Positions 34,164 through 48,700 of a stretch of DNA of 64,000 nucleotides are shown here, one piece after another; position 1 is the stretch's first letter; each line of letters starts with the position of its first letter. Source of the stretch: Eledone cirrhosa (lineage: Eukaryota); contig OZ024744.1 in assembly GCA_964016885.1 (NCBI GenBank), positions 27,590,001 to 27,654,000 on the forward strand, written 5' to 3'. The position numbers were made by a program, and so were the translations under genes. The notes below the pieces were generated by a model. The model made no database searches, had not been told where the DNA came from, and saw nothing but the letters and a program-made list of their open reading frames with translations.

Positions 34164-36905
34164 TTCATTCGTCTGACGTCATGAAGAATAGTAGTAGCAG
34201 CCGTAATAACAGCAGCAGCAGCAACAGTGAAAAGGAAAACACTAGTAGCAGCCACAACAACATCAGCATATGCATAAACAACAACAGCAGCAGAAGCAAC
34301 AGCAACAGCAACAGCAACAACAACAACAACAGCAACAGCGGCGACGGCGATCGTAGTACCAGCAGCAACAACAAAAGTAACAGCAGCTCTGACGACAACA
34401 ACAACAACAAGAAAGAAAAACCAATCTCGTTTGCAGGTATCGCAAAGAACCTGGAAACCATCCTCATAACAAATGAGGAATTACAGGAAGCAAAAAGAGG
34501 GTGACGAAAATCGGACACCGAACAATCTGCAAGGCAGCCGAAACATTTTTAGAAACCCAACAGCACTGTACGGTCACGTACCGTAGAGTAAGCACAAAAT
34601 CCCGTAGGGTTGAAAGAGCCACAGAGGCTCAAATACAAAAAGCCTTAGGGTCTGTGTGGCAGCGGAAAATGCATATCAACCGAGGCAAGAAATATGCCAC
34701 CGTGGACGTGCCTTTTGCCACACCCCAGCAGGCAATGGCTCAATCCTTAGTGACTCTAAGGAGCGAGGAAATGGTGTTGGTGCTCTCCTACTGCGGGCCA
34801 AAATGTGTGAGGGTCAAACTGACCCTCCCCCCCCCCCCCCGGATGGCTCCTTGTTGGCTGGCCGCGTCTGTCCTCGTCGGTATCGAGGACAAAATAACTG
34901 TACTGCAAGTACAGAAATAAGTACGAGAAGATTGGGTCGGCACCTCCATTGAGATGTTAATCCAAACCAACCAGGAGTGCATCGAAGCTATCCCGGATAT
35001 GATAGACTTTGATAACGGCACTCAACTACCCATAAGTGTTGAGGGAAAACGCCCGAAATGCTTTCGCTGTGGGTCGAAGACTCACCTCAGGGCCTTCTGC
35101 AATGAGAATGGGTCGACCATCGTTACCTAGCGGCAGTCCTGAGGGCGGCTGGCTTTGGGCCCGTCTTCAGAGGCTGGATCGCTGCCATGCACAGCGACAT
35201 CTGCTCTGTGGTGAGAGTGAACCGTCACCTTTCGGAACCGTTCAACATCATGCGCTCGGTCCGCCAAGGATGGCCCCTCTCGTCGCTCTTGTACGTATTG
35301 ACTCTCGAGCCATTACTGCACAAACTGGAGACGTTGGGGGTGTCCCGCGCGAACTAGAATGCGGAAGATCCGTGTCAGCATATGCGGACGATGTCACCGT
35401 AGTGGTGTCGAACGCCAAACACATCGAGGCGATCGGCACTACACTAAGAGAATACGAAGCGGTGACAGGAGCAATGATCAACCAGGAAAAGTCAGTGGGC
35501 CTGCAGCTCGGCACCTGGAGAGGCAGGTCCATGCTGTCCAACAGCGTCGTCGGGCGCTGGACGGACGGACCAGTTAAATTGCTAGGAGTCTGGTTCGGTC
35601 CGCACCTCCAGTCGGACAAAAACTGGGTCGAGGTGACAAGCAGAGTGGCTTCTCTCACCCAGAAATGGGCGGAGAGGAAGCTATCCCTGTAAGGTCGAGC
35701 GGAGGTGGCTAACGCGTACATCGCGTCCGTCATCTACTACCACCTGACCGTCGTACCTTGTCCTAAGCCCCGCCTGACTGCGCTGGAGCGTTTGCTCTTT
35801 CATTTTTTGTGGAAGGAACGCGCTCCGATGGTCAGGCGGTCCATCTGTTGTCAACACCCGCTGCGTGGAGGGCTGGGCATGCCGTGTCTGATGATGCGCA
35901 GACACGTGCTCAGGGTACGACATCTCCACCTCTTCCTCGACGGATCAGGTGTGGTCGCCGTTTGCTAGACACGTCTTTCCCCAGCTCGTTTCCTTGACGG
36001 AGCTGCAGTCCTGGGTCCAGCGAAGACCGAGAGGGGGCGCTTGGAGACTGGAATGTCTTCAGGCGCTCACAGCCCTCGACCAATCGGGCAATGTGATCGG
36101 TGGAAACTCCACCTCGGCGTTCTATAGAGGATTAGTGGAGGGGAAGAGCGACGACGAACTTGGGGAAATTCTAGGCGTCGAAGAAAATCAACTAGCCAAT
36201 CTCTTCGGAAGAACTTTCGGGCCGGGGACTATGGACAACTTCCAAAAATCCTTGGCCTGGCAGTGCTACCGAGGAGCCTTGCCAGTTCGGGATAAACTGT
36301 ACAGGCATGGAGGTCCCGTCACCCGGGCATGTCCAAGATGCTCGCAGGACGACGAAACCGTCCTGCACGCACTCGTCCAGTTTCCGAGAATTGCTGACTT
36401 GTAGGTTTATGTCGAACACCTGCTGTCGCGTGTAGGACGGATCCGGCTATCAGCTGAGTCAATCGTGAGGATTGCCCCGCCCTCCTCCTTTAGTCGAGAA
36501 GGGCAGGCAGTTTTTGTCTGTCTGGTGGCCATGGCGAAAGAGATAGTATGGTGGACAGGTTTGAAGGGCTGAAGACGAGCACTTACCTCTTCGGTGATGC
36601 CCTGATTGACTTTTTCAATTTCATTTGAAAAGGAAATTCAGAGTAGAGAGAGAAGTGCTCTGTTCCCAGCATTTTGTTGAAAGATGGGTGAGAGAAGCAA
36701 CAATGGCCCGAGTGAATGGGCCTACTCTGAGTATGTGTCTGTAAATTAAAGGTGGAAAACTGGGAGAGGGCACTTGCATTGGTGGTCAGGGTCACCGTGG
36801 CATTTCAACGGGCTTTCTCCTCAAATGTCCCTCGGAAGTCTCCCCCCTATGGGGAAATTTTCCGTTGTTATTTTTTTGTTACATACTCTGTTTTTGTTTT
36901 TTACA
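34164..36905 (+). mobile_element. Chimeric LINE unit D: divergent ORF1 fragment (34164-35109) fused to the 3' half of RT and a partial 3' UTR (35110-36905)
   Basis: CTVTYRRVSTKSRRVERATEAQIQKALG and a CFRCGSKTHLRAFC knuckle, then an abrupt switch to GGGTCGACCATCGTTACC (RVDH); YADD; CPRC zinc finger; the 3' UTR stops at TTTTTACAC. Confidence 0.85.
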
Positions 36906-39900
36906 CTGTTGTTGTTGTTGTCGCTGTTATCACTGTTATTGTCACTGATGTTGTTGTTGTTGTATCGTTGTCATCATGGTTATTGTCACAGTTGTTGTTG
37001 TTGTTGTTGTCGCTGTTATCACTGTTATTGTCATTGTTGTTGTTGTTGTTGTCACTGTTATTGTCACTGTTGTTGATGTTGTTGTCGCTGTTATCACTGT
37101 TATTGTCACCGTTGTTGTTGTTGTTATTGTCGCTGTTATCACTGTTATTGTGACTGTTGTTGTTGTCAGTTTTGTTGTCACAGTTGTTGTTGTTGTTGTC
37201 GTTGTTATCACTGTTATTGTCACTGTTATTGTTGTTGTTATTGTCGCTGTTATCACTCTTATTGTCACTGTTGTTGTTGTTGTTGATGTTGTTGTCACTG
37301 TCATAACTGTTATTGTCACTGCTGTTGTTGTTGTTGTTGTCGCTGTTATTGATGTTGTTGTTGTTGTTGTCACTGTTGTTGTTGTCGTTGTTATCACTGA
37401 TATTGTCACTGTTGTTGTTGTTGTTCTCGCTGTTATCACTGTTATTGTCACTGTTGTTGTCGTTTTTATCACTGTTATTGTCACTGTTGTTGTTGTTGTT
37501 GCTACTGTTGTTGTTATCACTGTCATTGTCACTGTTGTTGTTGTTGTCGCTGTTAGCACTGTTATTGTCACTGTTGGTGTTGTCACTGTTATCACTGTTA
37601 TTGTCATTGTTGTTGTTGTCGCTGTTATCACTGTTATTGTCATTGTTGTTGTTGTTGTCACTGTTATAAATGTTATTGTCACTGATGTTGTTGTTGTCCT
37701 TGTTATCACTGTTATTGTCACTGTTGTTGTTGTTGTTGTTGTTGTTATCACTGTTATTGTCACTGTTGTTGTTGTCGCTGTTATAAATGTTATTGTCACT
37801 GATGTTGTTGTTGTCGTTGTTATCACTGTTATTGTCACTGTTGTTGTTGTTGTTGCCTTTGTTATCACTATTATTGTCACTGATGTTGTTGTTGTTGTCC
37901 TTGTTATCACTGTTATTTTCACTGTTGTTGTTGTCGTTGTTTTCACTGTTATTGTCACTGTTGTTGTTGTCGCTGTTATAACTGTTATTGTCTCTGATGT
38001 TGTTGTCCTTGTTATCACTGTTATTGTCACTGTTGTTGTTGTTGTTGTTATCACTGTTATTGTCACTGTTGTTCTTGTTGTTGTCGCTGTTATCACTGTT
38101 ATTGTCATTGTTGTTGTTGGTGTTGTCGCTGTTATAACTGTTATTGACATTGTTGTTGTTGTTGTCGCTGTTATCACTGTTGTTGTCACTGTTGCTGTTG
38201 TTGTTGTCGCTGTTATAACTGTTATTGTCATTGTTGTTGTTGTCGCTGTTATAACTGTTATTGTCATTGTTGTTGTTGCTGTCGCTGTTATCAATGTTAT
38301 TGACACTGTTGTTGTTGTTGTTGTCGCTGTTATCGCTGTTATTGTCATTGTTGTTGTAGTTGTCGCTGTTATCACTGTTATTGTCACTGTTGTTGTTGTC
38401 GCTGTTATAACTGTTATTGTCAATGTTGTTGTTGTTGTTCTCGCTGTTATAACTGTTATTGTCACTGTTGTTTTTGTTGTCGCTGTTATCACTGTTATTG
38501 TCACTGTTGTTGTTGTTGTTGTTGTCGCTGTTATAACTGTTATTGTCACTGTTGTTGTTGTTGTTGTCGCTGTTATAACTGTTATTGTCACTGTTGTTTT
38601 TGTTGTCCCTGTTATAACTGTTATTGTCACTGCTGTTGTTGCTGTCGCTTTTATCACTGTTATTGTCACTGTTGTTGTTCTCGCTGTTATCACTGTTATT
38701 GTCATTGTTGTTGTTGTCTCTGTTATCACTGTTATTGTCACCGTTGTTGTTGTCGCAGTTATAACTGTCATTGTCACTGTTGTTGTTGTTGTCGCTGTTA
38801 TCACTGTTATTGCAACTGTTGTCGTTGTTGTTGTCGTTGTTATCATTGTTTTTGTCATTGTTGTTGTTGTTGTCGCTGTTATCACTGTTATTGTCATTGT
38901 TGTTGTTGTTGTTCTCGCTGTTATCACTGTTATTGTCACTGTTGTTGTTGTTCTCTCTGTTATCACTGTTATTGTCACTGTTGTTGATGTTGTTGTCGCT
39001 GATATAACTGTTATTGTCATTGTTGTTGTTGTTGTCGCTGTTATCACTGTTATTGTCAGTTGTTGTTGTCGCTGTTATATCTTTTAGTGTCACTGTTGTT
39101 GTTGTTGTTGTCGCTCTTATAACTGTTATTGTCACTGTGGTTGTTGTTGTTCTCGCTGTTATCACTGTTATTGTGACTGTTGTTGTTGTCGCTGTTATAA
39201 CTGTTATTGTCACTGTTGTTGTTGTTGCCGCTGTTATAATTGTTATTGTCACTGTTGTTGTTGTTGTTGTTGTTGTAGCTGTTATCACTGTTATTGACAC
39301 TGTTGTTGTTGTTGTCGCTGTTATCACTGTTATTGTCACTGGTGTTGTTGTTGTCGCTGTTAATGTCACTGTTGTTGTTTTGTTGTTGTTGTCGTCGTTG
39401 TCATCACTGTTATTGTCGCTGTTGTTGTCGTTGTTATCATGCTTATTGTCACTGTTGTTGTTGTCGTTGTTGTTGTTGTTATCACTGTTATTGTCATTGT
39501 TGTCTTTGTTGTTGTTGTTATCGTTGTCATCACTGTTATTGTCGCTGTTGTTGTTGTTGTTGTTGTTGTTGTCGCTGTTATTGTCACCGTTGTTGTTTTG
39601 TTGTTGTTGTTGTCGTCGGTGTCATCACTGTTATTGTCGCTGTTGTTGTCGTTGTTGTCGTTGTTATCATGGTTATTGTCACTGTTGTTGTTGTCGCTGT
39701 TATCACCGTTATTGTCATTGTTGTTGTTGTCGCTGTTATAACTGTTATTGTCACTGTTGTTTTTGTTGTCGTTGTTATCTCTGTTATTGTCACTGTTGTT
39801 GTTGTTGTCGCTGTTATCACTGTTATTGTCTTTGTTGTTGTTGTTGTTGTCGCTGTTATCACTGTTGTTGTCACTGTTGTTGTTGTTGTTCTCGCTGTTA

Positions 39901-40222
39901 TCACTGTTATTGTCACTGTTCTTATTGTTCTCGCTGTTATCACTGTTATTGTCACTGTTGTTGTTGTTGTCGCTGTTATCACTCTTATTGTCACTGTTGT
40001 TGTTGTTGTCACTGTTATAAATGTTATTGTCACTTTTGTTGTTGTTGTCGCTGTTATCACTGTTATTGTCATTGTTGTTGTTGTTGTCGCTGTTATAACT
40101 GTTATTGTCATTGTTGTTGTTGTTGTTGTCTCTGTTATAAATGTTATTGTCATTGTTGTTGTTGTTGTTGTTGTCGCTGTTATAACTGTTATTTCACTTT
40201 TGTTGTTGTCACTGTTGTTGTT

Positions 40223-40254
<32 letters not shown>

Positions 40255-43200
40255 ATCGCTGTTATCACTGTTATTGTTCTGTTGTTGTTGTTGTCGCTGT
40301 TATAACTGTTATTGCCATTGTTGTTGTTGTTGTTGTCTCTGTTATCACTGTTATTGTCACTGTTGTTGTTGTCGCAGTTATAACTGTCATTGTCACTGTT
40401 GTTGTTGTTGTCGCTGTTATCACTGTAATTGTAAATGTTGTTGTTGTTGTCGTTGTTATCACTGTTATTGTCATTGTTGTTGTTGTTGTTGTCGCTGTTG
40501 TCACTGTGTTTGTCAGTTGTTGTTGTCGCTGTTATAACTTTTAGTGTCACTGTTGTTGTTGTCGCTGCTATAACTGTTAATGTCACTGTTGTTGTTCCCG
40601 CTGTTATCACTGTAATTGTCATAGTTGTTGTTGTTGTTGTCGCTGTTATCACTGTTATTGTCAATGTTGTTGTTGTTGTTGTCGCTGTTATCACTGTTAT
40701 TGTCACTGTTGTTGTTGTCGCTTTTATCACTGTTATTGTCATTGATGTTGTTGTTGTTGTCGTCGCTGTTATCACTGTTATTGTAATTGTTGTTGTTATT
40801 GTCGCTGTTATAACTGTTATTGTCACTGTTGCTGTTGTTGTTGTTTATGATGTTGTTGTTGTCGCTGTTATCACTGTTATTGTCACTGTTGTTGTTGTTG
40901 TTGTTGTCGCTGTTATCACTGTTATTGTCATTGTTGTTGTTGTTGTTGTCGCTGTTATAACTGTTATTGTCATTGTTGTTGTTGTTGTCTCTGTTATAAC
41001 TGTTATTGTCATTGTTGTTGTTGTTCTCGCTGTTATCACTGTAATTGTCACTGTTGTTGTTGTTGTCGCTGTTATCACTGTTATTGTCACTGCTGTTGTT
41101 GTTGTTGTTGTCGTTGTTATCACTGTCATCGTGATCGTTGTTGTTGTTGTTCTGGCTGTTATCACTGTTATTGTAACTGCTGTTGTCGCTGTTATCACTG
41201 TTATTGTCACTGTTGTTGTTGTGGTTGTCGCTGTTATCACTGTTATTGTCATTGTTGTTGTCGCTGTTATCGCTGTTGTTGTCACTGTTGTTGTTATTGT
41301 TGTTGTCGCTGTTATCACTGTTATTGTCATTGTTTTTGTTGTTGTTGTCGCTGTTGTTGTTGTTGTCGCTGTTATAACTGTTATAGCCACTGTTGTTCTT
41401 GTTGTCGTTATCGCTGTTATCACTGTTATTGTCACTGTTGTTGTTGTTGCCGCTGTTATAATTGTTATTGTCACTGTTGTTGTTGTTGTTGTTGTTGTTG
41501 TAGCTGTTATCACTGTTATTGACACTGTTGTTGTTGTTGTTGTCGCTGTTTTCACTGTTATTGTCACTGGTGTTGTTGTTGTCGCTGTTATTGTCACTGT
41601 AGTTGTTTTGTTGTTGTTGTCGTCGTTGTCATCACTGTTATTGTCGCTGTTGTTGTTGTTGTTGTCGTTGTTATCATGCTTATTGTCACTGTTGTTGTTG
41701 TCGTTGTTGTTGTTGTTATCACTGTTATTGTCACTGTTGTCTTTGTTGTTTTTGTCGCTGTTATCACTGTTATTGTCACTGTTGTTGTTGTCGCTGTTAT
41801 AACTGTTATTGTCACTGTTGTTTTTGTTGTCGTTGTCATCACTGTTATTGTTACTGTTGTTGTTTTCGCTGTTATCACTGTTATTGTCACTGTTATTGTT
41901 GTTGGCGCTGTTATCCCTGTTATTGTCTTTGTTGTTGTTGTTGTTGTCGCTGTTATCACTGTTATTGTCACTGTTGTTGTTGCTGTCGGTGTTATAACTG
42001 TTATTAGTTACTGTTTTGTAGTTGTTCTCACTGTTATAACTGTTTGTGTCATTGCTGTCGCTGTAATCACTGTTATTGTCACTGTTGTTGTTGTCGCTGT
42101 TGTCACTGTTATTGTCATTGTTGTTGTTGTTGTCGCTGTTATCACTGTTATAGTCATTGTTGTTGTTGTCGCTGTTATCACTGTTATTGTCACTGTTGTT
42201 GTTGTTCTCGCTGTTATCACTGTTATTGTCACTGTTGTTGTTGTTGTTCTCGCTGGTATCACTATTATTGTCACTGTTGTTGTTGTTGTTGTCGCTGTTA
42301 TCACTGTTATTGTCACTGTTGTTGTCGCTGTTATAACTGTTATTGTCACTATTGCTGTTGTTGTTGTCGTTGTTATCACTGTTATTGCCATTGTTGTTGT
42401 TGTCGCTGTTATCACTGTTATTGCACACTGTTGTTGTTCTCGCTGTTATCACTGTTATTGACACTGTTGTTGTTGTTGTCGCTGTTATAACTGTTATTGT
42501 CATTGTTGTTGTCGCTGTTATCACTGTTATTGTCACTGTTGTTATTGTTCTCGCTGTTATCACTGTTATTGTCTCTGGTGTTGTTGTTGTTGTCGCTGTT
42601 ATAATTGTTATTGTCACTGTTGTTGTTGTTGTCGCAGTTGTAACTCTTATTGTCACTGTTGTTGTTGTTGTCGCTGTTACAACTGTCATTGTTGTTGTTG
42701 TTGTTGTCGCTGTTATCACTGTTATTGTCATTGTTGTTGCTGTTGTTGTTCTCGCTGTTATCACTGTTATGGTCACTGTTGTTGTTGTTGTTGTCGCTGT
42801 TATAACTGTTAATGTCACTGTTGTTGGTGTTGTTCTCGATGTTATCACTGTTATTGTCATTGTTGTTGTTGTTGGTGTCGCTGTTATCACTGTTATGTCA
42901 TTGTTGTTGTTCTTGTCGCTGTTATCACTGTTATTGTCACTGTTGTTGTTGTTGTCGCTGTTATCACTGTTATTGTCACTGTTGTTGTTGTTGTCACTGT
43001 TATAAATGTTATTGTCACTGTTGTTTTTGTTGTCGCTGTTATCACTGTTATTGTCACTGTTGTTGTTGTTGTTGTTGTCGCTGTTATAACTGTTATTGTC
43101 ACTGTTGTTGTTGTCGCTGTTATAACTGTTATTGTCACTGTTGTTGATGTTGTCCCTGTTATAACTGTTATTGTCACTGTTGTTGTTGTTGTCGCTGTTA

Positions 43201-45724
43201 TCACTGTTATTTTCATTGTTGTTGTTGTAGTTGTCGCTGTTATAACTGTTACTGTCATTGTTGTCCTTGTTATCACTGTTATTGTCATTGTTGTTGTTGT
43301 TGTTGTTGTCGCTGTTATTGTCACAGTTGTTGTTGTTGTCGCTGTTATCACTGTTATTGTCACTGTTGTTGTTGTCACTGTTATAAATGTTATTGTCACT
43401 GTTGTTGTTGTTGTTGTCGCTGTTATCACTGTTATTTTCATTGTTGTTGTTGTTGTCGCTGTCATAACTGTTCTTTTGACTGTTGTTGTTGTCGCTGTTA
43501 TCACTGTTATTGTCACTGTTGTTGTTGTTGTTGTCGCTGTTATCACTGTTATTGTCATTGTTGTTGTTGTCGCTGTTATAACTGTTATCGTCATTGTTTT
43601 TGTTGTTGTTGTCGCTGTTATAACTGTTATTGTCACTGTTGTTGTTGTTGTTGCTGTCGGTTTTATAACTGTTATTCGTTACTGTTGTTGTTGTTGTTCT
43701 CGCTGTTATAAATATTATTATCCTTGTTGTTGTTGTCGCTGTTATAACTGTTATTGTCATTGTTGTTTTTGTTGTTGTCGCTGTTATAACTGTTGTTGTT
43801 GTTGTCGCTGTTATCACTGTTATTGTTCTGTTGTTGTTGTCGCTGTTATAACTGTTATTGGCATTGTTGTTGTTGTTGTTGTCTCTGTTATCGCTGTTAT
43901 TGTCACTGTTGTTGTTGTTGTCGCTGTTATAACTGTTATTGTTATTGGTGTGTTTGTTGTCGCTGTTATAACTGTTATTGTCATTGTTGTTGTTGTTGTC
44001 GCTGTTATCACTGTTATTGTCATTGTTGTTGTTTTTGTCACTGTTATAACTGTTATTGTCACTGTGGTTGTTGTTGTTCTCGCTGTTATCACTGTTATTG
44101 TCACTGTTGTTGTTGTGTTCGCTGTTAGAACTGTTATTGTCAGTGTTGTTGTTGTTGCCGCTGTTATAATTGTTATTGTCACTGTTGTTGTTGTTGTTGT
44201 TGTAGCTGTTATCACTGTTATTGACACTGTTGTTGTTGTTGTTGTCGCTGTTATTGTCACTGTTGTTGTTGTCGTTGTTGTTGTTGTTATCACTGTTATT
44301 GTCACTGTTGTCTTTGTTGTTGTTGTTGTCGTTGTCATCAGTGTTGTTGTCGCTGTTGTTGTTGTTGTTGTCGCTGTTATTGTCACCGTTGTTGTGTTGT
44401 TGTTGTTGGTGTCGTCGTTGTCATCACTGTTATTGTCGCTGTTGTTGTTGTCGCTGTTATCACTGTTATTGTCACTGTTGTTGTTGTTCTCGCTGTTATC
44501 ACTGTTATTGTCACTGTTGTTGTTGTTGTTGTTGTCGCTGCTATAACTATTATTGTCATTGTTGTTGTTGTTGTTGTTGTCGCTGTTGACACTGTTATTG
44601 TCAGTTGTTGTTGTCGCTGTTATAACTGTTAATGTCACTGTTGTTCTTGTTCTCGCTGTTATCACTGTTATTGTCATTGTTGTTGTTGTTGTTGTCGCTG
44701 TTATCACTGTCATCGTGATCGTTGTTGTTGTTCTGGCTGTTATCACTGTTATTTTCACTGCTGTTGTCGCTGTTATCACTGTTATTGTCACTGTTGTTGT
44801 TGTTGTCACTGTTATAAATGTTATTGTCACTGTTGTTTTTGTTGTCGCTGTTATCACTGTTATTGTCACTGTTGTTGTTGTTGTCGCTGTTATAACTGTT
44901 ATTGTCACTGTTGTTGTTGTCGCTGTTATAACTGTTATGGTCACTGTTGTTGTTGTTGTTATCGCTGTTATCACTGTTATTGTCATTGTTGTTGTTGTTG
45001 TCGCCGTTACCACTGTTACTGTCACTGTTGTTGTTGCTGTTATAACTGTTATTGTCACTGTTGTTGTTGTTGTCACTGTTATTTTCACTGTTGTTGTTTT
45101 GTTGTTGTTGTTGTCGCTGTTATCACTTTTATTGTTCTGTTGTTGTTGTTGCTGTTATAACTGTTATTGGCATTGTTGTTATTGTTGTCTCTGTTATCAC
45201 TGTTATTGTCACTGTTGTTGTTGTCGCTGTTATAACTGTTGTTGTTATTGTTGTTGTTGTCGCTTTTATAACTGTTATTGTCATTGTTGTTGTTGTCGCT
45301 GTTATCATTGTTATTGTCATTGTTGTTGTTGTCACTGTTATAACTGTTATTGTCACTGTGGTTGTTGTTGTTCTCGCTGTTATCACTGTTATTGTCACTG
45401 TTGTTGTTGTCGCTGTTATAACTGTTATTGTCACTGTTGTTGTTGTTGCTGCTGTTATAATTGTTATTGTCACTGTTGTTGTTGTTGTTGTTGTTGTAGC
45501 TGTTATCACTGTTATTGACACTGTTGTTGTTGTTGTCGCTGTTATCACTGTTATTGTCAGTGGCGGTGTTGTTGTCGCTGTTATTGTCACTGTTGTTCTT
45601 TTGTTGTTGTTGTTGTCGTTGTCATCACTGTTATTGTCGCTGTTGTTGTTGTTGTTGTCGTTGTTATCATGCTTATTGTCACTGTTGTTGTTGTTTTTGT
45701 CGCTGTTATCACTGTTATTGTCAC

Positions 45725-45757
<33 letters not shown>

Positions 45758-48700
45758 CGCTGTTATCACTGTCATCGTGATCGTTGTTGTTGTTGTTCTG
45801 GCTGTTATCATTGTTATTGTCACTGCTGTTGTCGCTGTTATCAATGTTATTGTCACTGTTGTTGTTGCGGTTGTCGCTGTTATCACTGTTATTGTCATTG
45901 TTGTTGTTGTTCGTGTCGCTGTTATCAGTGGTATTGTCATTGTTGTTGTTATTGTCGCTGTTATCACTGTTATTGTCATTGTTGTTGTTGTTGTTCTCGC
46001 TGTTATCACTGTTATGGTTACTGTTTTTGTTGTTGTTGTCGCTGTTACAACTGTTAATGTCACTGTTGTTGTTGTTCTCGCTGTTATCACTGTTATTGTC
46101 ATTGTTCTTGTTGTTCGTGTCGCTGTTATCACTGGTATTGTCATTGTTGTTGTTATTGTCGCTGTTATCACTGTTATTGTCAATGTTGTTGTTGTTGTCG
46201 CTGTTATCACTGTTATTGTCAATGTTGTTGTTGTTGTCGGTGTTATCACTGTTATTGTCACTGTTGTTGTTGTCGCTTTTATCACTGTTATTGTCATTGA
46301 TGTTGTTGTTGTTGTCGTTGTTATCACTGTTATTGCCATTGTTGTTGTTATTGTCGCTGTTATTACTGTTAGTGTCACTGTTGTTGTTGTTGTCGCTGTT
46401 ATCACTGTCATCGTGATCGTTGTTGTTGTTCTGGCTGTTATCACTGTTATTTTCACTGCTGTTGGCGCTGTTATCACTGTTATTGTCACTGTTGTTGTTG
46501 CGGTTGTCGCTGTTATCACTGTTATTGTCATTGTTGTTGTTGTTGTCGCTGTTATCGCTGTTATTTTCGCTGTTGTTATTGTTGTTGTCGCTGTTATCAC
46601 TGTTATTGTCATTGTTTTTGTTGTTGTTGTCGCTGTTGTTGTTGTTGTTGTCGCTGTTATAACTGTTATGGTCACTGTTGTTGTTGTTGTTGTTATCGCT
46701 GTTATCACTGTTATTGTCACTGTTGTTGTTGTTGTCACTGTTATAAATGTTATTGTCACTGTTGTTTTTGATGTCGCTGCTATCACTGTTATTGTCACTG
46801 TTGTTGTTGTTGTCGCTGTTATAACTGTTATTGTCACTGTTGTTGTTGTTGTCGCTGTTATAAGTGTTATTGTCACTGTTGTTGTTGTCCCTGTTATAAC
46901 TGTTATTGTCACTGTTGTTGTTGTCGCTGTTATCACTGTTATTGTCACGGTTGTTGTTGTTGTCGCTGTTATCACTGTTATTGTCATTGTTGTCGCTGTT
47001 ATAACTGTTACTGTCATTGTTGTCCCTGTTATCACTGTTATTTTCATTGTTGTTGTTGTTGTCGCTGTTTTCACTGTTATCGTCACTGTTGTTGTTGTCG
47101 CTGTTATCACTGTTATTGTCACTGTTGTTGTCGCTGTTATAACTGTAATGTCACTGTTGTTGTTGCGGTTGTCGCTGTTATCACTGTTATTGTCATTGTT
47201 GTTGTTGTTGTCGCTGTTATCACTGTTATTGTCACTGTTGTTGTTGTTGTCGCTGTTATCACTGTCATCGTGATCGTTGTTGTTGTTGTTCTGGCTGTTA
47301 TCTCTGTTATTGTCACTGCTGTTGTTGCGGTTGTCGCTGTTATCACTGTTGTTGTCGTTGCTGTTGTTGTTGTCGTTGTTATCGCTGTTATTGTCACTGT
47401 TGTTGTTGTTGTTATCGCTGTTATCACTGTTATTGTGACTGTTGTTGTTGTTGTTGTCGCTGTTATCGCTGTTATTGTCATTGTTGTTGTTGTTGTCGCT
47501 GTTATCACTGTTATTATCACTGTTGTTGTTGTCGCTGTTATAACTGTTATTGTCACTATTGTTGTCGCTGTTATAACTGTTATTGTCACTGTTGTTGTAG
47601 TTGTCGCTGTTACAACTGTCATTGTTGTTGTTGTTGTTATCGCTGTTATCACTGTTATTGTCATTGTTGTTGTTGTTGTTCTCGCTGTTATCACTGTTAT
47701 GGTCACTGTTGTTGTTGTTGTTGTTGTCGCTGTTATAACTGTTAATGTCACTGTTGTTGTTGTTGTTCTCGCTGTTATCACTGTTATTGTCATTGTTGTT
47801 GTTGTTCGTGTCGCTGTTATCACTGGTATTGTCATTGTTGTTGTTATTGTCGCTGTTATCACTGTTATTGTCAATGTTGTTGTTGTTGTCGCTGTTATCA
47901 CTGTTATTGTCAATGTTGTTGTTGTTGTCGCTGTTATCACTGTTATTGTCACTGTTGTTGTTGTTGTCGCTTTTATCACTGTTATTGTCATTGATGTTGT
48001 TGTTGTTGTTGTCGCTGTTATCACTGTTATTGTCATTGTTGTTGTTATTGTCGCTGTTATAACTGTTATTGTCACTGTTGTTGTTGTTGTTGTTGTTGCT
48101 CTCGCTGTTATCACTGTTATTGTCACTGTTGTTGTTCTCGCTGTTATCACTGTAATTGTCACTGTTGTTGTTGTTGTCGCTGTCGCTGTTATCACTGTTA
48201 TTGTCACTATTGTTGTTTGTCGCTGTTATCACTGTCATCGTGATCGTTGTTGTTGTTCTGGCTGTTATCACTGTTATTTTCACTGCTGTTGTCGCTGTTA
48301 TCACTGTTATTGTCACTGTTGTTGTTGCGGTTGTCGCTGTTATCGCTGTTATTGTCACTGTTGTTGTTGTTGTCGCTGTTATCACTGTTATTGTCATTGT
48401 TTTTGTTGTTGTTGTCGCTGTTGTTGTTGTTGTTGTCCCTGTTATAACTGTTATTGTCACTGTTGTTGTTGTTGTCCCTGTTATAACTGTTATTGTCACT
48501 GTTGTTGTTGTCGCTGTTATCACTGTTATTGTCACTGTTGTTGTTGTTGTTGTTGTCGCTGTTATCACTGTTATTGTCATTGTTGTCCCTGTTATCACTG
48601 TTATTGTCATTGTTGTTGTTGTTGTCGCTGTCATAACTGTTCTTTTGACTGTTGTTGTTGTCGCTGTTATAACTGTTATTCTCACTGTTGTTGTTGTTGT

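Noticed and set aside
34181-34410. LINE ORF1 (AAC/AGC)n tract as the seed of the downstream satellite
   Set aside because: It is in the opposite orientation and lacks the ordered GACAATAACAGTGATAACAGC core; the similarity is only compositional.
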